From a virus (taxonomy: Duplodnaviria; Caudoviricetes): 53,821 bases of DNA. Location of the stretch: IMG/VR virus record IMGVR_UViG_3300030106_006616, positions 1 to 53,821 of that record. One strand, given 5' to 3'. Made by a program: the position numbers and the translations under genes. The notes under the pieces were generated by a model that did no database searches, was not told the origin of the DNA, and saw only the letters and a list, made by a program, of their open reading frames with translations. How positions within the stretch are numbered: the first letter of the stretch is position 1; every line of letters begins with the position of its first letter. Positions 1-8,924 of the stretch are shown here, in pieces.

Positions 1-270
1 TCAACAGCGAACACATATGGAACTAATGCACAGACTAGTAAAACGGCAGCAAATACTTTTGAGGCGGGCTATCCAGCAAGCGGTTTATTTATAAAAAGTG
101 ATTCCGATGCGGCTGGTAATGCTACAGATTTGGGATCAGAAGCGAATATAGATATTACGGAGTTCGATAGAGATAGTGTAGATGTAGATTGGGATATTGG
201 TGCTCATCAAGTAACGAGAGAAGCGGAATCTACTGCAGGCCCTGCATTTTTTATGTTTTTAGATATTTAG
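1..270 (+). CDS. 3' end of a virion beta-helix/fibre-type protein (partial, runs off the window start); paralog of 2780..3856
   Basis: Frame 1 is open from base 1 to TAG at 268-270. It reads ...LFIKSDSDAAGNATDLGSEANIDITEFDRDSVDVDWDIGAHQ..., matching the C-terminus of 2780..3856 (LHLKSGASALRRGNDLG...DIDGYDRD...WDMGADQ). Confidence 0.75.
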   Translation, partial: STANTYGTNAQTSKTAANTFEAGYPASGLFIKSDSDAAGNATDLGSEANIDITEFDRDSVDVDWDIGAHQVTREAESTAGPAFFMFLDI

Positions 271-280
271 GAGGTTGGCA

Positions 281-475
281 ATGTTAGGTTTTCATAGTAT
301 ATCAGAATTTCCTATATCAGATATTAAAGATACTGTAGTCCCTATTGTTGTCCAAAGGGATTCAAAGGTAAAAACATGGACTGTTCCCGCTAGATCCACT
401 AGTTGGAATATACCAGTATGCAAGACACAGATGAAAGTTTCTAAAAGGCCAGATACTTGGACAGTTCCCTCTTAG
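281..475 (+). CDS. small hypothetical virion-associated protein (64 aa)
   Basis: GGAGG RBS 6 nt before ATG at 281. N-terminus MLGFHSISEFPIS, and three W-x-V/I-P repeats. Confidence 0.6.
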   Translation: MLGFHSISEFPISDIKDTVVPIVVQRDSKVKTWTVPARSTSWNIPVCKTQMKVSKRPDTWTVPS

Positions 476-484
476 ATTATTTTA

Positions 485-507
485 TGGTGTATTCTAAGTT
501 AGAATAC
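485..507 (+). promoter_or_regulatory. putative late-promoter motif TGGTGTAT overlapping a perfect 19-bp inverted repeat GTATTCTAA-G-TTAGAATAC
   Basis: Intergenic. The same TGGTGTAT octamer lies upstream of the major tail gene (6016-6023). Confidence 0.45.
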
Positions 508-524
508 TTAAATAGGAGATAAAA

Positions 525-851
525 ATGGGCGTAATAGCTAATGAAAGACTCTGCAAACAACCTGCAGAACAAAGAAAGTTTTCAATAGAATTTAACAATT
601 TATTGTCAACTTCTGAGACTGTTACATCTATTACTAGCGTTAGCTCCGAAAAAATAGATGGGACAACTAGTGACTTAACAATAGCTACAACATCAATAGA
701 GAGCTCACCTACTAGTAATAAGAATAGCATGATAACATTCTGGGTCTCAGGAGGGACAACTGGTAACACATATAAGATAGAGGCAATTGTTGGGACATCA
801 GATTCAGCCACTCTTGAAGGAGATGGCATACTTTTTGTAACGGATAGATAA
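525..851 (+). CDS. putative virion structural protein (beta-rich, fibre/tail adaptor-like)
   Basis: AGGAG RBS. The pattern KQPAE..FSIEF...FWVSGGTTGNTYKI is typical of small phage structural adaptors. Located in the structural operon. Confidence 0.55.
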   Translation: MGVIANERLCKQPAEQRKFSIEFNNLLSTSETVTSITSVSSEKIDGTTSDLTIATTSIESSPTSNKNSMITFWVSGGTTGNTYKIEAIVGTSDSATLEGDGILFVTDR

Positions 852-852
852 T

Positions 853-1389
853 ATGAGCTGGCAGAACACAAGTTTAATAATGTTAAGAACTATGCTTAAC
901 GATGCTGGTTGCGATGGCAACAATACTTATTCTACGCAAAGACTGGAAGACTTATTAATAACAAGTGCATACTTTTTACCTGTAGATATAAATTTTTCTA
1001 CAGAATATACAATAGATGTTGCAGCATATACAATAAGCCCTAATCCTACAGATCAAGAAGATGGAAAAGATTTTATCTCTTTTATGGTATTGAAGGCGGC
1101 GTGTATGGCTGATGAAGGAGCATTCAGAAATGCGGCGTTATTGCAGGGAGTTTCTGCCAGACTTGGCCCAGCGTCAATCCAAACTGGAGGCTATGGTGCA
1201 CAATTGGGCATACTTCTAAACGAAGGCCCATGTAAAGCCTATGACACATATAAATATGAGTACAACTTCAGTTATGAAGGAGCTAAGATTATTAGGGCAG
1301 TTATGAGTCCATTTGCATCTAATGATTTTATACCTACAGATGATTCTGGGGAAAGAATTAAGTATTCACAAAATGATTCAAGAATGTAA
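853..1389 (+). CDS. putative head-tail adaptor/neck protein
   Basis: 178 aa. The helical N-terminus (LRTMLND...YSTQRLEDLL) resembles gp15-like adaptors; call also rests on synteny. Confidence 0.5.
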   Translation: MSWQNTSLIMLRTMLNDAGCDGNNTYSTQRLEDLLITSAYFLPVDINFSTEYTIDVAAYTISPNPTDQEDGKDFISFMVLKAACMADEGAFRNAALLQGVSARLGPASIQTGGYGAQLGILLNEGPCKAYDTYKYEYNFSYEGAKIIRAVMSPFASNDFIPTDDSGERIKYSQNDSRM

Positions 1390-1412
1390 CCTTCTCACTA
1401 AGGAGAAATAAT

Positions 1413-1619
1413 ATGTCAGATATAGTATCACAACCTAAAGGTGCCGGAACCCCACATAAAGAGGGCACTTTTGTAGTTGGGGCTCCATTAGCAGCAGGCA
1501 CTGGAACCTACAATGAAAACTATACAATTGAGACTTGGGCTTCAAATCTACCAACTACTGGTACGATCATTGATAAGTACAAGGACAGACTTGACGATTA
1601 CAACTATTATAGTGCTTAA
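1413..1619 (+). CDS. hypothetical protein (68 aa)
   Basis: Strong AAGGAG RBS; fills the gap in the operon. Confidence 0.65.
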   Translation: MSDIVSQPKGAGTPHKEGTFVVGAPLAAGTGTYNENYTIETWASNLPTTGTIIDKYKDRLDDYNYYSA

Positions 1620-1636
1620 ATGTAAGGAGATTTATT

Positions 1637-1933
1637 ATGGCCGCAGTACCAGATTTTATAACAGGAAGCAAGACATCTATTTCAACTACAGCAGTTAAAA
1701 TTACGTCTACTTCTAGTTATGCAAAAAGAGGTGTTCAAATTGTAGCTACTCTTGCAAATACGGTTCCAGTTTACATTGGTCCAGAAGGAGTAACAGCAGG
1801 CACATCTGCTGCAACTACGGATGGATATCCTTTGCAAGCGGGAGAATCTATTGTTATTCCTGTTATAGATCCAACTAAAATCTATGCTATCACAGCGAGT
1901 TCAACTGCTTCGATATCGTTTTTGTTAGTTTAG
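1637..1933 (+). CDS. small beta-rich virion protein
   Basis: AAGGAG RBS. T/S/A-rich, with the pattern N...VYIG......GYPL.AGESI. Confidence 0.6.
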   Translation: MAAVPDFITGSKTSISTTAVKITSTSSYAKRGVQIVATLANTVPVYIGPEGVTAGTSAATTDGYPLQAGESIVIPVIDPTKIYAITASSTASISFLLV

Positions 1934-1949
1934 TCAGAGGGGACTAGTA

Positions 1950-2780
1950 ATGGAACTTATTGTAAAGATAAATTCAAATCCGGGAGATATATCCTACAAG
2001 GATGGAGATGTCGTTCAAGCATTCTCTAATAGTCAGATACAATTCTCTCATGCAGAGAATATATGTAATCCTAAAAATTTTGCTTTAGACCCAGTCACTG
2101 GGCTTAGAGTAAATGGTTCTTTACTAATGAAGTTCTTAGAAAAAACTAGTTTATACAAGTTTGAGAGAGTAAATTCGAATGAAGTAGTCAGAACAAACTT
2201 AATTAGTAATGCACAAGATACTTTGAGCAAAGACCCAAATTCAAATGGAGAAAGAATTGATGCTTATGAATATATTTCAAGAAGGCTAAGAAACCCAAAC
2301 CATAAAGTATTTGGTTCAGCCGGAAGTGAAATATGGTATTCAAAACCAAGGTCAATCGAAGAGATAGATTTGGATAGTATTTGGGATGATATAGAAACTG
2401 ATAGCTCTAATCTAAAATCTAATCATCTTAGCTGGGAGTTTACTGAACTTGAGAAAAAACATTTTGCTTGTATCAACACTTCTGGCAGAACATACGATGG
2501 TGATTCTTTCACAAGGGTTGAGCTTTCTGGAGACACTGTACATACAAGGGCATTGCCTGCTATTCAAGATCCTCCTGAAGTAATTCCAGAAGATTATTCT
2601 CCAATAATACTAGCAAAAAGAAAGTGGTTTGTGCCATATTGGGATTTAACAAGTCAACTTGGTAGTTCTGTAGATGATCTGAGAAATCCTAATATAGTTT
2701 GTGATTGCAGAAAAGAACTAGACGAGAGAGAGCATATTGACATACTAACTTTTGATAAAGCTTCAGAAGGTATAATATAA
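1950..2780 (+). CDS. hypothetical protein (276 aa), structural module
   Basis: Long ORF with GAGGGG RBS; stop overlaps the next start (TAATG). Confidence 0.7.
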   Translation: MELIVKINSNPGDISYKDGDVVQAFSNSQIQFSHAENICNPKNFALDPVTGLRVNGSLLMKFLEKTSLYKFERVNSNEVVRTNLISNAQDTLSKDPNSNGERIDAYEYISRRLRNPNHKVFGSAGSEIWYSKPRSIEEIDLDSIWDDIETDSSNLKSNHLSWEFTELEKKHFACINTSGRTYDGDSFTRVELSGDTVHTRALPAIQDPPEVIPEDYSPIILAKRKWFVPYWDLTSQLGSSVDDLRNPNIVCDCRKELDEREHIDILTFDKASEGII

Positions 2781-3856
2781 TGGCAACAGTGACAAAATCA
2801 ATAGGAACAACAGGTAGAGACTATAGTACCATCACAGCATGGGAAGCGGATTTATCAAATGGGGCAGTTTACAATTCTGGAGACTCTGCCGTAGGAGAGT
2901 GCTACAATGATTCTACTTTTGATGAATCTTTTGAGATAGATGACACTGGTTTTGCTGCTGGCCTAACAGACATAACTCTGAGGGCTCACTCTTCAGCTAA
3001 GCATGATGGGACACCAGACTCAGGAGTAAAAGTCACATATACTGGTTCGATATCAAATGAGGTAGGCGTTTATAGGATAACGTATGATCAAGGCACATAT
3101 GGCTCAGATAAAGTAGTAATAGAAGACATAGAGTTCGCAGACACGTCAAATTCAGCCTCTGTTAATGTTCATTTTATAGATGCTGGATCTCAAAAGTTGA
3201 TAATAAGAAGATGTCTTATACATAGTATTAGACAAGCATCAGCCTCTAAAAACTTATTCATATTTGGGTCCGACATAACAGCTCCAAAAGCCTATAACTG
3301 CATGATCTTCAATTGTGGAAAAACTGCTACTGGAGGAAGTTCTAGCGGTAGAATGCAGGCCTTTTATGTAGCAAGCTCTAACTCACAAATATATAATTGT
3401 ACGATTCATAACATATTCGACAATACAGCAGCTGCAGAAGCATATGGTATATTTGACGGCACTGTAAGAAATTGCATTGTTACGAATGTAGATAGTTGCT
3501 ATCGCTCTGGTGCTAATGAACAGTATAGCATTTCTAGCGATACAACTGCGGACCACTCTACTTCTCTTGCAAACAGAGATCCCCTTACTCTTTTCGTGTC
3601 CACCATACAAGGCTCAGAGGACCTACACTTGAAGAGTGGGGCTTCAGCGCTTCGTAGGGGTAATGATTTGGGAACATCTGGAGGTGTTGAAAAAGACATA
3701 GATGGTTACGATAGAGATGCAAATAACTCTTATTGGGACATGGGTGCTGACCAGTGTCATGCTTGTCAGATACAACAAAATCAATCTAATCAAAGACTTT
3801 CTCTAGGCTTCACAGTCGGACAGGAAGTTAGAAGATTTAACCTGACAGATTTTTAG
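2780..3856 (+). CDS. right-handed beta-helix (pectin-lyase-like) virion/fibre protein
   Basis: N-terminus SIGTTGRDYSTITAWEA; repeated NC.I.N stacks (RCLIH, NCMIFN, NCTIHN, NCIVTN); C-terminal DLHL...DIDG...WDMGADQ. Confidence 0.65.
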   Translation: MATVTKSIGTTGRDYSTITAWEADLSNGAVYNSGDSAVGECYNDSTFDESFEIDDTGFAAGLTDITLRAHSSAKHDGTPDSGVKVTYTGSISNEVGVYRITYDQGTYGSDKVVIEDIEFADTSNSASVNVHFIDAGSQKLIIRRCLIHSIRQASASKNLFIFGSDITAPKAYNCMIFNCGKTATGGSSSGRMQAFYVASSNSQIYNCTIHNIFDNTAAAEAYGIFDGTVRNCIVTNVDSCYRSGANEQYSISSDTTADHSTSLANRDPLTLFVSTIQGSEDLHLKSGASALRRGNDLGTSGGVEKDIDGYDRDANNSYWDMGADQCHACQIQQNQSNQRLSLGFTVGQEVRRFNLTDF

Positions 3857-3865
3857 GGGATAAAA

Positions 3866-4396
3866 ATGCCAGTACCTTCATTTTCTGGAATTATAACAAA
3901 TGACATGAAGAGCCTATTTGATAATGCTATAGGCTCGTTGTTAGAAGATGCGGCTCTTACAGTTCAATGTACCCTTCATTTTGGGGTGACAAAGTATGAA
4001 GATTGTTCTAATTGTGTCTATGATCCCATAGGAAGAAAGTCGTCAAATAGATTTCTGACTGGAGGACCAGTTCCTTTCAGAAATGGAGGTATATGTCCAG
4101 TATGCGGAGGAAATGGTAAGAAACCAGTAATCATAACAGAGAATATAAACCTTGGAATTATCTATGATTATAGAGACTTTCTTGGAGCTAGCACACCTGT
4201 TAATATCCCTGACGGTTTTATACAAAGTGTATCAAAGAAAGAAACCATCCCTAAGCTGTTAAGGGCAAAGGAGCTACAGCCCTCTATAGCTATAAAGAAT
4301 TATGTAGATTCAAGATTTGAAAGAGCGTCAGAGCCACAACCTGTTGGATTTGGAAATGACAATTTCGTTTTCTGCAATTGGAAAAGGATAAAATAA
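3866..4396 (+). CDS. putative head-closure/neck protein with CxxC...CxxC insert
   Basis: CSNC and CPVC motifs; lies between the adaptor and tail-completion genes. Confidence 0.45.
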   Translation: MPVPSFSGIITNDMKSLFDNAIGSLLEDAALTVQCTLHFGVTKYEDCSNCVYDPIGRKSSNRFLTGGPVPFRNGGICPVCGGNGKKPVIITENINLGIIYDYRDFLGASTPVNIPDGFIQSVSKKETIPKLLRAKELQPSIAIKNYVDSRFERASEPQPVGFGNDNFVFCNWKRIK

Positions 4397-5037
4397 TGAA
4401 GGATAATATAATTGCAAGTCTAGAACTAGAAAAAGGCTTTACCAATAAATTCCAGTCTTATCTTGTCGCAGAAGTTAAAAAAAGATTAAAGGCGTCAATC
4501 TCGTCAATAACTGAGTCAATAGAGGTGGCTCTTCAGAGTATGGTCAAAACTAAGCTTAGTGAAGCCCCAGAAGTGCAATCATTAGCAGGAGGTAAGCTGA
4601 GATATCAGTTCGGATTAGTTGATGGTTCAGCTCGTATATCTTCAATAATAAATATATGGGCAGATTCTATAGAAGTTACCTATGTAGCCAAAATGGGCTC
4701 TTTAGGAGGAATAACTATAAACATGAGAAGAAATAACTATTCAGATGTTATCTCCGTTCCAGAAGCTGTATTTGTTACAGAAAAAGGAGTCAAGCTAGAG
4801 TGGTTGAGATGGCTTCTACTTGAGGGAGACAAGAGAATAGTGTCTAATTATTTTTTCAAGAAGTCGTCAAGAGGAAGAGCAGGAGGAGGAATTATGGCAG
4901 AGAGACAGAATGCCTCATGGGGAGTTCCTTCGCAGTTTGCAGGAACAGAAAACAATAACTTTGCAACTAGGGCACTAGAAACAATAAATGATGAAATAGA
5001 TGTTCTTGTACGAAGAGAGATAGTAAAGGTATTATAA
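4396..5037 (+). CDS. putative neck/tail-completion protein
   Basis: ATG at 4396 overlaps the upstream stop (TAATG). W..WLLLEG motif; synteny. Confidence 0.45.
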   Translation: MKDNIIASLELEKGFTNKFQSYLVAEVKKRLKASISSITESIEVALQSMVKTKLSEAPEVQSLAGGKLRYQFGLVDGSARISSIINIWADSIEVTYVAKMGSLGGITINMRRNNYSDVISVPEAVFVTEKGVKLEWLRWLLLEGDKRIVSNYFFKKSSRGRAGGGIMAERQNASWGVPSQFAGTENNNFATRALETINDEIDVLVRREIVKVL

Positions 5038-5038
5038 A

Positions 5039-6013
5039 ATGGCTGGAGAACCTTATACAACATTTTCAAAAGTCTCCCATATTGGAGACACTCTCTTCAC
5101 TACAGAAGTAGAATCTAATCTAAAGTGGTATATGGATTGGGGCCTTGCAGGTATAGGAGGATGGACAGATATAGACAAACCTACATCTGGAGCGTTTGGG
5201 GGAGATTTTAGCACTCTCAGACCAGTTCAAGATCCTTCTTACACAGACGGTCAGGTTTGGGAGTCTGCTAGAAAAGACTGGCTTTGGGAAACAGGAACGC
5301 TTTACTCTGATGGAGGAACAGATTATTCTGCTACTCAAATATCAGGAGTATACGTGTCTGACACTCTCTATCCTACAGGACATGGTACTTATGGGCACCA
5401 CTATGATTACCCTAATGGAAGGGTTATATTTGACACAGCAATAAACACTTCCTCAGATGTACAATTAGAATACAGCTACAGAAACGTTCAGGTGTATATA
5501 GCAGATCAAGCCCCTTGGTGGGATGAGCTTCAGTATGACTCCTTGCGCGTTGATGATTCTAGCTATAATGTCGCTGGTTCAGGAGCATGGGGTATTTTAT
5601 CCAACCATCGCGTCCAGATGCCAGCTATCGTAATAGAGTCTGTTCCTAGGAGGAGATTTTCACCTTACCAGTTAGGCGACACGTCACAATTTGTTAGACA
5701 AGATGTTTTGTTCCACATTGTTGCCGAATCAAGATGGTGGAGGAATCAACTACTAGATATTATTTCCTTACAGAAAGACGAGCAGGTCTGGCTATATAAC
5801 AGTAACACTGTAGCTTCCAGCGGAGCCTTCCCCTTAGATTATAGGGGAATGGCTGTCGCTAATCCTAATAACTATGATGACATAGTTGACAATTCATCAT
5901 ATAGATACCTTCTTGCTAAAATAGCAGATATGTCGGTATCTGAGATGGAATCCTATAATTCTAGACTTCATGAAGCAACTGTAAGGGCTACTTTTGAAGT
6001 CGTTATGGATTAA
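5039..6013 (+). CDS. putative tail terminator/tail-completion protein
   Basis: Immediately precedes the major tail gene. The C-terminal part (MPAIVIE...QDVLFHIVAES...) is tail-terminator-like. Confidence 0.5.
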   Translation: MAGEPYTTFSKVSHIGDTLFTTEVESNLKWYMDWGLAGIGGWTDIDKPTSGAFGGDFSTLRPVQDPSYTDGQVWESARKDWLWETGTLYSDGGTDYSATQISGVYVSDTLYPTGHGTYGHHYDYPNGRVIFDTAINTSSDVQLEYSYRNVQVYIADQAPWWDELQYDSLRVDDSSYNVAGSGAWGILSNHRVQMPAIVIESVPRRRFSPYQLGDTSQFVRQDVLFHIVAESRWWRNQLLDIISLQKDEQVWLYNSNTVASSGAFPLDYRGMAVANPNNYDDIVDNSSYRYLLAKIADMSVSEMESYNSRLHEATVRATFEVVMD

Positions 6014-6015
6014 CT

Positions 6016-6053
6016 TGGTGTATATAATTTTAAGATACGTATCTATTTAAATA
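6016..6053 (+). promoter_or_regulatory. putative late promoter (TGGTGTAT) followed by palindromes AGATACGTATCT and TATTTAAATA
   Basis: Intergenic, upstream of the major tail gene; the octamer is shared with 485-492. Confidence 0.45.
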
Positions 6054-6072
6054 AATTTTAAGGAGAAGTTAA

Positions 6073-7242
6073 ATGGCCAATAATAGAGTTTATTATGCTA
6101 TTCAGCAGGTTTCCTTTGGAAAAGACTCAGGCAGCAAAGCAGGCACTCGCTATGTTGCTCATGGTGTTCAATCCGTAGGTATAACCACTAACTTTAACCT
6201 AGAACAAGTGTTTGAACTTGGGCAGATTTCTATATATGAAAATGTAGAGGGCACACCTGATGTTGAAGTTACACTTTCAAAGGTTCTTGATGGGTATATC
6301 CCACTTTACTGTATGGCAACCGCTGACCAATCAGATGGTCCTGCACTTGCTCAGAGAAACACTTCTAGTAATAAGTGTTTTATGCAGCTTGGAATTTGGG
6401 ACGAAGCGAATGAATCTGCTGGACAGAATTCAAGCAGTGCTGGCTCATATGTAGAAATGTCAGGTCTTGTTGTTTCTTCAGTGGGATATAACTTCCCACT
6501 TGATGATAACTTTAGTGAAGATGTCACTCTTGTAGGTAACTATAAAGTATGGGCATCTGGCACGAATACTAATACTGTGGCAAATACTTGTGGTGTCAGA
6601 TACACTCCCAATGCTGCAGCTGGTGGTTTTGCTGGCAACAACGATTCCCCAATTGGCGACGGTGGTGTAAACAGACGTGAAAATATTCAGTTTGCACTAA
6701 GTGGTGCGGCTGTTACTGGAGCTGACGTTACTATCCTTCCTCCAGACATTCCGGGAGTTGGAGCATCTGGAGAAATTGGGACTGCTCACGTTTCTTCTAT
6801 TACTACATCTGTAGATGTTAGCCGTGAAGATATATTCGAGCTTGGAAAGAAACTGCCTTATGCTAAGTCGGTTACATTCCCAATCGAAGTTACATGCGAC
6901 ATTGAAGTTACTACAGCTAGTGGTGACTTGATTAACGCTCTCGATGACTGTACCGGCACTGCTGGCTGTAATACTAAGAGTAATCTTAATGAGAGAAAAA
7001 TTCGTATTGCAACATGTGAAGGTCTACGATTGTGGCTCGGTAAGAAGAATAAGCTTGCTACTGTATCTTATGGTGGTGGAGACGCTGGTGGTGGTAACGC
7101 CACAGTTACTTACTCTTATACCAACTTTAACGACTTCACAGTTGTACACAGTGGAGACGTCACTGCAAATGGTGGATCTAGTTCAGGTGCCACTTGGTGG
7201 AGCAATAGAGAGACTTATGTTGGACATTCTGTCTTTAATTAG
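6073..7242 (+). CDS. major tail (tube) protein
   Basis: Strong AAGGAG RBS and its own terminator. Two repeats of the tube-type motif (EQVFELGQ and EDIFELGK). Lies upstream of the chaperone and tape-measure genes. Confidence 0.75.
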   Translation: MANNRVYYAIQQVSFGKDSGSKAGTRYVAHGVQSVGITTNFNLEQVFELGQISIYENVEGTPDVEVTLSKVLDGYIPLYCMATADQSDGPALAQRNTSSNKCFMQLGIWDEANESAGQNSSSAGSYVEMSGLVVSSVGYNFPLDDNFSEDVTLVGNYKVWASGTNTNTVANTCGVRYTPNAAAGGFAGNNDSPIGDGGVNRRENIQFALSGAAVTGADVTILPPDIPGVGASGEIGTAHVSSITTSVDVSREDIFELGKKLPYAKSVTFPIEVTCDIEVTTASGDLINALDDCTGTAGCNTKSNLNERKIRIATCEGLRLWLGKKNKLATVSYGGGDAGGGNATVTYSYTNFNDFTVVHSGDVTANGGSSSGATWWSNRETYVGHSVFN

Positions 7243-7262
7243 TCTTAAGTAAGCAAAATATT

Positions 7263-7293
7263 GGGGCTACGCAAATGCGTAGCTCCTTTATTT
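7263..7293 (+). terminator. rho-independent terminator after the major tail gene
   Basis: GGGGCTACGC-AAAT-GCGTAGCTCC stem-loop followed by TTTATTT. Confidence 0.85.
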
Positions 7294-7371
7294 AGTCAGT
7301 GTGAGAAGCGATAGCCTTATAGCGCTATTAGGCAAGTAACTTTACTGACTTTCTTATATATTGGATTTTTT

Positions 7372-7653
7372 GTGGATTTACTGGAATATTCAGCCAAAAT
7401 AGCTATCCTTACTGCTAATATAGTAGTAGGGACTTTATTTGTAATGTTGTTTTCTTTAAAGTTTCTCTTTAAGTATACCGACATAGGAATACAAAAAAAG
7501 AAAGAAAGAGACAAAACAGACAGAATATTAAATAGTAAACCTACTCAAAGCAGTAAAGAAGATACAGGATTTACTTATAAGAAGCCTAGAATAGAGACTT
7601 CTTTTGGAGATAGAAGGATAGGGGAAGTTGATGATAACCCCACACAGACCTAA
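7372..7653 (+). CDS. small membrane-anchored protein
   Basis: N-terminal hydrophobic helix (IAILTANIVVGTLFVMLFSLKFLF) then a basic soluble tail; GTG start is uncertain. Confidence 0.6.
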   Translation: MDLLEYSAKIAILTANIVVGTLFVMLFSLKFLFKYTDIGIQKKKERDKTDRILNSKPTQSSKEDTGFTYKKPRIETSFGDRRIGEVDDNPTQT

Positions 7654-8917
7654 CAGGATGTCTGGATATAGACAGGAAATAGTGAACCCTGATTCTATGT
7701 CTAAAATAACGCCTATTCATCATATCTCTAAAAATTCGGAAGACTCTACTTCCGTAAATGATGCTTCTATTAATAAGTCCGAGGAAAAACCAGCTAATAT
7801 ATCAGTGCGGCAAGACTGGTTATATGATGGGAAACAGATACAATCTTTTAACTCAGAAAGGTGTGATTTTTTAGAAATGGCTGATAAAGATACTCCAAAC
7901 CAAAGAGCTGTAGGCGTAGATATTGGAACTGGGTTCATTTCTTGTGCTGAGCATGAGAAGGGTAAAAAGAAATTCAGGAAAGTGAGAGATGCTTTCTTCA
8001 AGCTGAACCCGTCTAAATTTCTGGAGGGCTCTGCCGACCAGTTTGGTGAGAGCATGCTAAAGAATGCAGGAGCACACTATGTAAAGGTTGACGACCAGCT
8101 TTACGTACTCGGAGACGACGCCTTTAAGTTTGCTAGTCTTTTTCACCAAGAGTGTCTAAGACCCATGTCTCAAGGTGTACTCAATCCTAGAGAGCCGGTT
8201 TCAAACTTGATGGTAGCTGAATTAATAAAGGCAGTTGCAGGAAAACCAACTGGTAAAGATGATGTACTATACTATTGCGTGCCTGCTGAGCCCATTGATG
8301 CTGATTTTGACGTTGAATATCACAAGCAAATACTTCATGGGGTTTTTGAAGAAGTCGGGTACAAAAACATAAATGTAATGACAGAAGGTCTGGCTGTCGT
8401 ATACTCTGAACTTGCGGAGACGCAATACACAGGGATTGGTATGAGTTTTGGGGCAGGCATGTGCAATATTGTTTATTCTTTTATGGGTATACCGGTGTTT
8501 GCATTCTCATTAAGTAGAGGTGGAGATTGGATTGATTCTCATGCAGCAAAGCATACCGATGAGACAAACAACGTAATTACTTCTATAAAAGAAAAAGCAG
8601 ATTTCAGCCTTTATGACTCTACTAATGGAATACAGAAGGCGATTTCAATATACTATGACGCATTGTTAACGTATGTAGTACAGCAATTTAAAGAGCTTTA
8701 CGCAAACACGCCGAAGAAAAAACTTCCAAATGTTACTATGGAGATGCCAATTATTATTGCCGGAGGCACATCTCTAATGCAAGGATTTGTAGAAAGATTA
8801 AAAGAGCTCATATCAGAGGACTTTCCAGTTCCTATTTCTGAGATACGACATGCAAAAGAGCCTTTGTTTGCCGTATCAAATGGTCTTTATGAAGCAGCAA
8901 AGTTGTCTATAGAATAA
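7628..8917 (+). CDS. actin-like ATPase (MreB/ParM/MamK-type actin fold)
   Basis: Phosphate-1 motif VGVDIGTG, phosphate-2 motif MSFGAGMCN, adenosine motif IIIAGGTS, plus V.TEGLAV and YCVPAEP. The start is uncertain and the first ~85 aa look disordered. Confidence 0.85.
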   Translation: MMITPHRPNRMSGYRQEIVNPDSMSKITPIHHISKNSEDSTSVNDASINKSEEKPANISVRQDWLYDGKQIQSFNSERCDFLEMADKDTPNQRAVGVDIGTGFISCAEHEKGKKKFRKVRDAFFKLNPSKFLEGSADQFGESMLKNAGAHYVKVDDQLYVLGDDAFKFASLFHQECLRPMSQGVLNPREPVSNLMVAELIKAVAGKPTGKDDVLYYCVPAEPIDADFDVEYHKQILHGVFEEVGYKNINVMTEGLAVVYSELAETQYTGIGMSFGAGMCNIVYSFMGIPVFAFSLSRGGDWIDSHAAKHTDETNNVITSIKEKADFSLYDSTNGIQKAISIYYDALLTYVVQQFKELYANTPKKKLPNVTMEMPIIIAGGTSLMQGFVERLKELISEDFPVPISEIRHAKEPLFAVSNGLYEAAKLSIE

Positions 8918-8924
8918 AGTTGGA

